A stretch of 64,000 nucleotides of DNA from contig NMRA01000205.1 in NCBI GenBank assembly GCA_002633005.1, positions 637,688-701,687 on the forward strand, read 5' to 3'. Below, piece after piece: positions 26,101 to 38,100 of the stretch. The notes below the pieces were generated by a model. That model searched no databases. It saw only the letters and a program-made list of their open reading frames with translations, and was not told the origin of the DNA. The translations under genes were made by a program, and so were the position numbers. Source of the stretch: Phoronis australis. Its lineage: Eukaryota; Animalia; Phoronida. Within the stretch, counting starts at the first letter, position 1; every line of letters begins with the position of its first letter.

Positions 26101-29100
26101 TATGCTAATGTATAGCAGGAACTAAGCGACAATATTTTTTGAAAATCATCTAATACACTAAAAAGTGCAGTTGTATTCATTGACAATTTTAAAAGTGAAA
26201 ACATACAATTCTGCAAATAGGTGACCTTTGCCCTAATAACGTACCTTGGGGGCTCACATAACTGGTGTCATGCAGTGTTTTTCCCAAAAATAACGTCACG
26301 ATACTTACTGGACACGGTTGAACGATTTACAGTGGATCATTTCCGATAGAAATCTTGTTAAAAACATTTGGCAATTTTCAACCTACTTTACATCTTCGCT
26401 ATATGTTGTGTTTCTAATTACTTTGACCAAGCAATCAGAGAGGTTAGGAATTAGCATGCAAGTTCCACTTTCTACTGTAGTTTTAACGGACTGCGGATAA
26501 TGTTATGAACTATCTTTGGACATCCCCTCATTTGTTTTGGCTTCTCAAGTCTCGTCTTGAGTGGGATATTTTATTGTCTCGGCTATCGTCTCAATTTTGC
26601 TTCGGTATCATCTCAGTTGGCAGTTTGACTTCACAATGACTAGGGAGTGGGCAATGTAATAGTCTTGTTGTTGAGTCGCGTAGAATTTTTCATCGCTCGT
26701 CATTCGTTCAGCTGGTACCCACTTTCCCACCTTACACGCGGTTACCCAAGTATTGCATTGGTCAACATTAGGTCAGGATATTCATTTTTTAATTGCAGTT
26801 CCTTTAATCTAGTATCTGTGCAAAATCAATCCACCGCATGCAGGGTACTTCGTGGAAATAATCTGTGATATGGCCATCTGCAGCATACCAATAAAAGTGG
26901 CTTTTTTAAACACAGGGCTCGATTACACTTTGTCACCTAACGATGGTCATCATCCAACTGTCAATTTTTACCTGTTCTGTGTTCCTCGTGGTATGTTGTA
27001 CTTCTGTGCTGAGAGACTTGTTTAGTGTATTGTGATGACATTGTGATTGAATATTGCATTGTGGTGTTGCAAACAACGAAGACGTTTTTGCAGTGCGGTT
27101 TCATTGTAGCAAAGTTGCAGCTGAAGGAATTGGTATAGTAGTTGCAAAGTGTTTCCGACAATATCTTGTATTTGTGTTGTAGAGAGTCCAGTATCTTGTT
27201 GGATGTTCACGAGGCAGGCGAGGTCACGTTGCTCATCTCATACGTTGTCCATAACGCGCAGTGGACGCCGAAATACGACATTCGGGCGTTCAGTGATCAA
27301 GACACCTTGAAGGTAGTTTTTGAATGCTCTCCGTCACTTTCAAAAAAATCTATAAAGTGGCAAAGTCAAGTTAAAAAATCTGTCTTCCATCTGGTCTAAA
27401 GTTTGTCGTGGCAAATCTACCCTCAAAAGCAGTCAGTATATAGTTACTTGTCGTTAGATTTCCTTCTTGGTGCACAAAATCTTACTCGACGTGTCAAGAC
27501 ATCTTGTTAAGCCCCTTAAGTCTTAAGTAACAGGTTACTGTATGTTCTTTCCAAACCCAAAAGTCACCTGATTTTCAGTGAGGTCATAAGGCTTGACCAG
27601 GGGACTGTTTTTTGAAAATTGACTGGAGACTTAATTAAGACAGTGATTTGTTCTTTCACTCACACCTCACATTCGCTTAATAAAGGTTTAGCCAAGTAAT
27701 TACGAGTGCATCTCAGTCTAGAATACTTCTTAGAAAATGTTTCAATAACTAACATTTCTGCCTATATTGTTAGTCGGTGAATTTCCCATTCTCCGTAATG
27801 GAGACCTTGGGTTACCGCTGTGTCGTTATTAGTTTGCCAGTGATATCAAGGGGAGAAAGTTGGCAAACCAATGTTAATGTAGTCCAGTGCTGTGTTGTTC
27901 TGCGTTTGTCTGATAAGCTCAGGTAATCCAGCAATTATGTTGTAAATAGCACGCCTGACACTAACCGATATTTAAAAAATACTATTTTGCAAACGACATT
28001 CAACAAATTTAGTAAAGAAGAGGTTTTTTTCTGTCGTGCCATTAACAAACAAACGTCGAACAAGGGAAACAGAATTTGACTTTCAAAGAGATTAGACTTA
28101 ACCGTGCTGATTCATAAATGTGTGGAATATTCTTCCACATGCAGGCGTTCTGTTAGTTGCGATTTAGTTGCTTTTCTTTATGTAGATTAATGTTAGCAGC
28201 ATTTTGATAGCGGGTGTGTGTGTGTGTGCGTGTGCGTGTGTGTGCGTGTATGCCACACATGGCATACTGGAGCATTTTGGGTTTTTCCGCTGGAAATTTT
28301 AATCTACATGTAGACCTACTTCATGTAAGGAGATTTGTCATAATCCATTTTAACCACATGTTGCTCAGTGCAGTGCAGGAAATGTGTTTGGAGTAGTAAG
28401 TTATAGGCCTACCACCTGAACTTAAATAATGGAAAAAGGAGATAAATAGTGGTCAACATCACCACGTTCAGAAAAATCTAGTTCCCAAATTTGTTCCACA
28501 GCTCGAGTGCCTCGCTACAGCTTTAACATAGTCCTAGAACATCTGAAGTTGTGTGGATTCCAGCCACCAGGCCCAACTTAGGAAGTAATATGTCTGTGTT
28601 GGCCTGACCTCTGACCCGCTTAACCACAGCATTGCATATCATGGCAATAGGCTTGTTTTCCAAGTTTAATCGATGAATCATGGTGATTCTAGGTCAGATC
28701 CCTGAATTGGAAATTTGTTGATGGTTTTAACAGGGCAAGGGAATGTTATGTAACTTTCTTGTGTGTACACACTATTTGTTGCTCAGGTGCAGTACCATGG
28801 GATGATACAACAGTCAACGGGAGAGGAATGGACTGATGCCAAGATTTCTCTGTCCACAGCTACACCAAGTGTTGGTGGCACTGTACCCGAACTGGGCACT
28901 ATGAGACTGCAGTTCCAAGAGGATCCCATTGTGACGAAGCGGCGGTGAGTTGTCATTTTAATCCGATCATTTGCATTTGCAGTCAAATGATGTATATGCA
29001 TAATTACATAACAGGCAGGCTTAGTCAATAGCTTTCTGCAGGTGCTCTAGTTTTGCACCCATTATCCATAAGTCTGAGTGTGCAAATTGCAGTCGTCTTT

Positions 29101-32100
29101 TTCTGATTGTCTGCCGTCTGCCTGTCTTTCTCTTCTTAAAATTCCATGAAATTTGCCAGACATTAAGGTACAATTTATGGGTGGATCCAACTTCTTCATA
29201 AGGACAAATAAATTGTTCAAATTTTACCTTCTTTCTGAGTATTTGCAAACCAGATCTAAAAAATTTGTTGGAACCTTCTAACATTAGATTGTATTGAGAA
29301 AGTAACTTCAGTAGTGAAAGTGGTGTCATAGCAGGCCCCCCCCCTCCTCCCATTTATTAATTGTTTAGTTGCCAAACTTGAATTGTAATTCCCTCTGTTT
29401 TTTATCAAAATGTTTTTTATTCTTCCTACTGCTGCTCCCACTGGTTAATAACAGATTTTTCTAATTTTGCCACTTTTATTCAAATTGAGGTTTACCGCAG
29501 TCAAGCAGTTTTTGTTTTATGTAATGAATTTCAAAAGATGACTTCAATGAGTCTTGGTGCAACTCTGTCAACTGTAGCGCACTCAAGCATATGTGCTGCA
29601 CGAATTTGAAAAATCAAAAACCTTGACGTCCTGTCCATAGTCCCTCTGACCTTGACGTCCTGTCCATAGTCCCTCTGACCTTGACATCCTGTCCATAGTC
29701 CCTCTGACCTTGACATCCTGTCCATAGTCCCTCTGACCTTGACATCCTGTCCATAGTCCCTCTGACCTTGACATCCTGTCCATAGTCCCTCTGACCTTGA
29801 CATCCTGTCCATAGTCCCTCTGACCTTGACATCCTGTCCATAGTCCCTCTGACGTGGACACTTTAACTTGTTCGCTGATTATCTTGCAAATGACTTGTAG
29901 TTGATCTTTAAGAAATTTCGCTTAGTGACGTTTGGTCACGGCAGACGCTGCCATTAAAGTTTTTGAGAAAATATTACGTCCATTGATCATTATCAGACAA
30001 CTGGGGTAAATGACAAGGTTGCGCCTGCTTTGGTCAATTTTGGAACAAATTTAACTGTTGTCATTTTAATTTTCTACAAGATGTTCTTTGCTCTCCGATT
30101 ATCGTCAAGAAACTGCAAATTTTAATTAAACGTGACAAAAGATACAGGATGTTTCAGAACCCATAACAGATTCACGTACCATCACACTCTGTTAGCGGTT
30201 TTTGGCTAGATAAGCCTTGTGCTTCCATCCTTGTGGAAGAGATTGTGAATGGGAATTCGATGGCACCAATCAATTTTCAACAGAGTTTGCTGTTGGCCAT
30301 TGTTAGTTGTCTATTGATTATTGTCGAAATGTCTCGGCAAATCTTGAAGAAACTTTGATACGAGGAGTAAGGTTGGTATGTGCCACTGCCAGCCAGTATT
30401 TCCATTGTGAATGTACCATTGAAGTTTCCCTATGACCCACTGTAGTTCCCCTATGGCCCACTGTAGTTCCCCTATGGCCCACTGTAGTTCCCCTATGGCC
30501 CACTGTAGTTCCCCTATGGCCCACTGTAGTTCCCCTATGGCCCACTGTAGTTCCCCTATGGCCCACTGTAGTTCCCCTATGGCCCACTGTAGTTCCCCTA
30601 TGGCCCACTGTAGTTCCCCTATGGCCCACTGTAGTTCCCCTATGTACCACTGTAATTTTTTACTAGATATTTTTCATCCATGATAGGTCATCCATTTGTC
30701 ATAATGAATTAACTGATTTTCATGAACTTTGCTCTAGCAGTAGTCGGTTTTCTGAAGATTTCTGCTTTTGTTATTGCTTTGCATCGCCACTGTCCTGTAT
30801 TGTTTTAGCTTTGCTTACTTTCAAAGTATGAGAAGGTTATGAAACTGAATGCTTGTTTACCACGTTCATCCAGGTATAGGCCCACGGGCTTATTTAGTGG
30901 TGTGCTCTTAAAAACAGATCTTGGTTTATACCCGAGCTTTAATTCGGACAGGCCTATCTTGAGATACACTTAGTGGGCATGTAAAAGTAAACTTTTAGCA
31001 GAGTGAAGAGGGTGTGTGTTGGTGAAAAAAAATGTTGACAGTTGAATCCAAAAACTTTCCCCAATTTCATAGGAACGGGACATCAAAAGCATGACTAAAA
31101 TAAGTTTTCAGCAGTAGGGAACATTGTCGAGTATTCACTCTACCTGCTTTTGCACTCCAACTTTGGCACACCTGAGCGTATATTATTTTTTGTTTCTTCC
31201 AAATGTACACCCAAGCATATTGGAATTGACTTTTGGTCCCTAAGCTGTTATTTTCTGAATATACGCCCCAGATAATGTCTGCAGAAAACTCTGGTATATG
31301 GTGGACTAACAAGTATTCGTGCACAACCCTATGGCCTGCTACGAACTTCATACATCAGCCCACGATCCAAAACATAAATCCTGCTTGCACTTGCAATTAG
31401 TGACCATTTGTCTTAATGTTTGCCAAGACGGGTCTGCCAAGATCAACAAAGTGTAAGCAAGAAGACATCGGGGTTGATTTGACCCACATAAATAGGCATG
31501 AGGGATAGACTTAAACCGAGAGTGTCGGCTTGCAAGTTAAAATAATGGAGAAGGCTTATGGTTGGCTTATCCCCAACCAGATAAGTCTGTTGGGGTTCCA
31601 ATATTTGAAAATCTTACGTCCGATTTAATAACATGCTGTTTACTTATTGCTGTTGTTGGTGTGGTTTTTCCCTGCTTTACTCAAAAATGTTCAGCGAGCA
31701 TGGCTCGGAGTTGATGTTTGTGTTGTAATGTTGGTGTGTTTCATTTTGGCTTGCTTTTTAGTTTCAGATTTCAATTACGCTGCTTTCAAAGTGGACGTAA
31801 CCCTTGTTAAGCATCTTTTGCACTGTCAAGTTCCAACATAACATTGTGCTACATGAAAGAAGTTGTTTGTTTGCTGTGACTAACTTGTAGGTTTAAGCCC
31901 AAAAGGCAGACAGTCTCCGTAGAAACTGTTTGCTAGGAAGTAAGGGATATCATGACTTCTCACATTGATGCTGTGCTCACGCGTGGAGAGAGTCACGGAG
32001 ACTTGGACGAGCGATCGAGCTTGTTGGTCGATACCGCAATAAGCAAGATTGGAGAACGGGACGTGAGAATGATTGTGTTGGTTGGCTCTCGGCATGCTTC

Positions 32101-35100
32101 TGCGATGCAAAGCTATGGTCAATCTTAGTTTTCTCTAATGTCATGTTAGTTTTGTGGATATTCAAGTTTCTCACCAAGGTCAATGTTTCCAAGAGGAAAT
32201 ACACAGCAATTTTGAACTTTGATTTGTTAACAAAAATGTTTGAAATTTGTATTATGGCTGGCATAGTACACTTGGAATGAATAATTGAAGGCAATTTTTT
32301 CATAAGATGATTAAAAAGAATTATTCAATTGACCAGGATATGATTCACTGTGTTCCAATTCCTTTTTGGTATCGGACCAGCGTAAATTTTAAACTTTTAT
32401 GTAGTATTACTACATGGTTCATAGTTTTATAGTTAAGTCACTGTGCCATGCACCTACCCCCCAATAGGAAGACTGCATATTCGCCAAGTTAACGTGACAT
32501 TGCCTGCTTAACTTTCCTGACAGATATTCTTCCAGGCTCACTACAGTAATCAAGGCATCCCATCCAAGCAAGCAATCGCTTTCTAACGTCATTGCTAGCT
32601 TTTCTTAAGGTCTTCTTAAAATTGCTCTGCATTCAGATCAGGAAGATTTAAAAAGAAGACCATGATGCACAGGCAGCCGCAGGAAGAACAGCCTTATTTC
32701 GGTACTACATTGTTTAGTACTGCGCAGAGCATGATGATGGCTCCACCGGCGCCACCACAAATGATGGAGGCTGTTGCAGAGGTTAGCAGGATTAGCTGGG
32801 AAAAAATGTCAACGGGAGCTAAAAGCATGTTAAACATTCGTTTACAAGAAAGGCTGTTGTTATTGTTACTACTATTATGTACAGTAAAAATTATTTAGAA
32901 ATAATATGGCTGAAATTGCAATTTTTCATTTTTAAAGGCTTACGAGTTTATTGAAAATGCTCAAAATTGTACGGAGAGTTGTTTGATGTCAATTAGCAAC
33001 GGAGAGTTTTTGTACAGTAACTATTTTGGTTGACAACTTTGGCAAAATAAAATTCTACATCTCTATCACATTGTGTCCCAAGCTGAAGATTTTCTATAAG
33101 TCATCTTGTGGTGCACAAAGATGGTACATAAGGGCCTGTAATTTGTGTAAATAGCACATTTATTGGACGGTTGAAATATTAATTTTAGGTGAAGTTTAGG
33201 TCCTAGCATTCAAAGTAAAATACTGTCTTAGCCCAATTTGTAGCAATGGACCATACAAAATGTTAACATTAAAATATTTCCTTGTCTCAAAAAAACCACT
33301 GGGCTGCATTAAGTAATTATAATGGATGACATGTTTTACATGTGGTACTCGCCAACTTCGTGCAGTTGTAGGATTATGTCGTATGAAAGCGTCTGCAGGC
33401 GTTGCGTGCATAAAAGATAAACTTTGTTAAACAGAAAATTTAACCAACTAAAACTTCCCACCTACATACAGTGCTGCACTTGGGGTTTTGGGTGATAGTC
33501 CACTAGTCTTGTACTTTATAAAGGAGCAGTTCAGTGTTCAACCCGTGTGTTGCATCATGGGTAAATACCTTAGAATAAGAGTGGTGCTGTGCTATTTCAG
33601 GATGAGTCAATTAAGGCTGTGATTAAACAGTAAATGGTTTTATTCAGGAACAAAACTAACTGCAATACATCTTTAGCCGTTTTCCTGGCTTGTATTCAAA
33701 TAATCTTTTGATAATAATATGTAAACTGTACACAGGTGTCAATAATCGGCTTTAAAATCAAGGACACTGTTAAATTGGTGATTTGATAGTAACAAACTAT
33801 GGATGGACTATGTTTGTGTTTCAGATCTTTTGATATAATTTCTTACATTCCTGGTATCTGTGATGCAGTTGCAGAAACTAACTAAATTTTGGGGTCAGCT
33901 TTACAATCTTGTTTAGTCCAGTTAGTTGAAGTCATCTCATTGTTCCTAGTTGTGCAATGATTAAGTTCTATTGTCAATTCAAAATTATTTTCCATCCTAG
34001 CCGAGCTGCATGACTTTCGTGTGATAAATCTCAGACTGTCATATCAGATTTTCAACTTGATTCCCATTTTCTAGAATTTCAGATGGCCTAGCTCAGACCC
34101 TGGGCGAAGTCTACTCACAGTGATTTCTGTGACTATTATCAGGCTTCTTGGTCTATGGTCATTTCCATAATGGTACAGATGGTCGTTGCTCAGTATTGCG
34201 CAAAGCCATCCCTTCCAAAAGCAATTATTGTTATTGAAATAACTTGTGAGTGGTCCCTTAGAAGACTGTGTGTGTACTGAATTGTTTGCTTGCTCTCTCT
34301 CTCTCTCTCTCAGCTGGACCGTGTTCGCTCACCACTGTCGCTGCGTTCAACCGACAATCACTTTCTAATCTTGTCCATATTTTATCTATGCAAGCTTTAT
34401 TTGCATTCAGATCACAAAAGTCTCCCAGGGGATGGGGTTTGATGTCCGACAATGAAGATGAACAGCCTACTGTATTTCGTGGCTTTGGTGGACCGGCTGC
34501 CTTTACACCAGCACCAGTGCCGCAAATGATGCCGGCTGTGGCAGAGGTTAGCACTACCAATTGTGAAAATTTAACGTTGTGTCCTGGAGATGGTGATCAC
34601 AGATAAGGGGTGGATTTAAAATGCAGACGAGCTTAACAACTGGGCAAGAATCTACAACATTATCCTACCTAAGACAAAAGGACAAAAGTACGTTTGCAGA
34701 CGCTAACATGTCTCTACCAACACCTTTTATGGGAGATTGAGAACCTGCCATTAAAGTGTACAAAAGCTTGTACAATAGTAGAATAATATGCATCTGGCAA
34801 ACGTCAGTGCAAATGAAAAGGCCAGTAGTGCATGCGTTGCAATGCTGCTAATGTGTCGTCAGTCGTTCAATCCAATATCTTTGTCTAGCAATATATACTA
34901 AAGTCAAAATGACCGTAATTTTTTAAGGTACTTCGAGTGCTGCTGTGATAGGACAAAACTGAACAACATCAAAGTGGGATAAAATGAGAATGAAACATTT
35001 TATTAGGCCAAAAATAAAACCTACGGGTTTACTTTCGACCACAATATAACCTTAGAAAACAAAATTGGTCTGACTTAATGCAACATGCACTGTTAACATT

Positions 35101-38100
35101 GCCACTGCGATCACGTTAAAAAAGACAATGTATAAGGGTATTGCGATAATATTGTTACAATTATGAAAACTTGATGTTTTAAGGATAATAGAATAATAGT
35201 TATATTAGTGACCATTGTAAACGACAACGCTATTTCAATCTGTTGATATGACAGTCGGAATAGAGATTGAAAAGACAAAGTCGTAAGAATTGTTCGAGAT
35301 TCTGTCTGGGCAGGAAAATTCAAAAGAGGATAGAATCTTACCAGATTGAACACAATATGGCAAACAATCAAAATTATTTTTTCATCGTTTCATGACGAGT
35401 TGCAACGAGGTGAAACGTTTATTTTCACAGTAGTTAATATCATCATTGAAGACATGACCAGACTTTTTGTTTGTAAGATTGATACTGGTTCGCTCATAGT
35501 GTCGGAATAATCCATGACGGCGTTTTCCTGTTCAGTGACTTTACCAGACATAGACGGTTGTGAGCGTGTGATAATATCTAGTTTCTTTGTTAACTGCCAA
35601 GCACAGTCTTTTGTCTGGTATGGCAACAGGCAGGCCAATGATCTACCAGGCTTATTGCAGACCAGGTGTGAACAGAGTAAAACCCTGAGCGAATTGGTAC
35701 GTTCGGAAAGAATAGATTGTCGTATCTTCAGTTGTAGTTGGGCGATTTTGGCGACTCAAAAAATAAACATGATCACCATTTCATGAGGATTTCAAAAATG
35801 CTATTGTTTTATGTTCAAATATGTTATAACTTAACTTTTATTTTTAACAGCACTGCCCAGTCAGGGTAGAATCTTATTGGAGATTAGAGCTATTATCGAA
35901 CAAAAGAGAGCTGGCCCTCCAACCATAAAAGCCAGAATGGAATTAATCAGTCGTGTAAGATATTGGCTACAGGGGTCATCTTCCCAAATTGTTGTTGGGC
36001 TATAGAATCGAACAAGTTGGGAGCAACGAGAAAACGCCATAATTCTCCTTTCTTCAGGTGTGCAGCTTTGTAGTAAAACACTGAGAGACACTACGAGCGA
36101 ACCAGTATCAAGCTTGCAAACAAAAAGTCCAGTTGTTTTTTCAGCGATGTTTGTGTTAAGAAGGGCTGCTACCAAATTATACTAGTTACTATCAAATAAA
36201 AAAGTTCTTTATGTTAGATGCTGTTGAAAAAAAGAAACAAAATAGTTTTGTAAGTGGTGAGAGTGTACCGTAGTATGAACAGTGTAAGGCATGTAGGCTA
36301 AACATTTTACTCCAAACATTTTGTTGTCTTTGTGGGAAAAAAATTGTTATGTGCTGAAAAACGACAGGTGCCATCTGACTTTGTACAGTTTGAAAGTTTA
36401 TAAACCTCAATCTGTTTTAGTTAAGATCAAAATTGGTTGAGAGTCCCTGAAGTTCCAAGTTTATGCATACTTAATCTTAAGAACAAGCGTGATTTCAGTT
36501 CCAGCACAACTGAGAAGTATCAGCAAGTAGACCCGGGAATTATGGGTTACATTTAAGTTTACAAACCTGAAGATTTAAGGTGTATTTTGAGTGCAATGAA
36601 CGGGAGGTGCAATATATAAGCGCCATTAGATGTCTAGTGATTATTCATAGAGCCCTAAGGTTTGATAGAAGCTCCTACAATGTAAATAGTGCGGTTTATT
36701 CCAAAGTATGGTTTGTGCGGGAAATAGAGTGCACAAGATTAACTTTATAAATGTATACAGTAACGTCATACATGAACTGATGGATATTGCATCAAAGGAG
36801 CGTGATTCGAACAAGTCAGGGCAGAATGTGGCCAAATTTTCAATCATCTGCCAAGTTCGTTTTAGTGACATAAATTAACAGAACCAAAATTCACAACAGG
36901 ACCTGGCACATTTTTGAAACTACCTCTTGGTCACAACAGATTTTTTCTCTGACATTGTTATGCGCCCATGAGTGAACTTTCGGATGGATCCAACTACCAG
37001 TGTGTCCCCTAGTGGCAATTTTAGTTTTTTACGCTTACCTTAGTATCTTCAAAAGTCCTGAGCAGATTTTCATGAAATTTATTATGTAGGCACCTATTAG
37101 TGAGATGACGCTATCCTCCTGTTTTCGGATGGATTCGACGTAGTTTCCGCCACCTAGTGGCCATTTTCACTGTTTTCGAGTCTGTTTTTTTGCGTCCACC
37201 CCTCTATCAACCAAACGGCTCAAAGGATGATTGTGAAAATCAGCATGTATGTGCTTACTATGAAGAGGACAGTTGACGATGATTTTCCGACAATTTCGAC
37301 TACTGTGGCACCTCTNTATATGATGTTATCAACGGACGACGACGACTTTTGGTGTGATGACGCTATCTTCCTGTTTTTGGATGGAATCGAGGTATTTTGC
37401 ACCTCCGAGTGGCCATTTTTGCTGTTTTCAAATCTTGTTTTTGGTGTCCACCCCTGTATCAACCAAATCATTTGAAAATTGGCATATACGTTCTCAGTAT
37501 GAAGACGACCTTTGATGATGGTGACTGACTACTGTGGCACCTCCTAGTAGTAGTTTTGTTTTGCACCCAAAGTTGTATCTCTTAAACCCACTGCAGGATC
37601 TTTACTAAATTTAGTAAGTGTACTTATATGAAGATAACAACAGACGAGGACGACTTTCAGGCGGGGCCAACGGACACTGTGCCCACTAGTGGCAATTTCA
37701 TTTTATTCTGTTTTCCTTTGTTTCTCTGAAGTTCCTTGACAGATTTTTATGAAATACGGCATGTTCCTGTTTTTGGATGGATTGTATGTTTTTTGCGCCA
37801 TCTAGTGGCCATTTTTATGATACAAATAAATAACCCTAAATGCACACCATTTGCAATGCATTCGTGGGCGCGTTGCTCTTGTATTTTCCTCTAGCAAACT
37901 CCATCCTTTTCCTTTCTGCATTTCAGTGGAATCATGGCCCGTCATATTTTCCATTATTTTAGTTGATGTGTTCACACAGTGCTCACAGTTTCAATATCAC
38001 TCTATTGCAGTGAACTTGTGATAAAAGCTACGTATGTGTCATTAGATCAGCATTTCCACGAATAATTAAGACTGTTTTTAACCTGTGTGATATTGATTTT

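Noticed and set aside
29531-30683. Repetitive ORFs (GQDVKVRGTMDR..., VGHRGTT...)
   Set aside because: Translations of minisatellites.
36761-36853. Another phase 2 to 0 open segment (NVIHELMDIASKERD...)
   Set aside because: No similarity to the linker exons and a weak donor; expected by chance.
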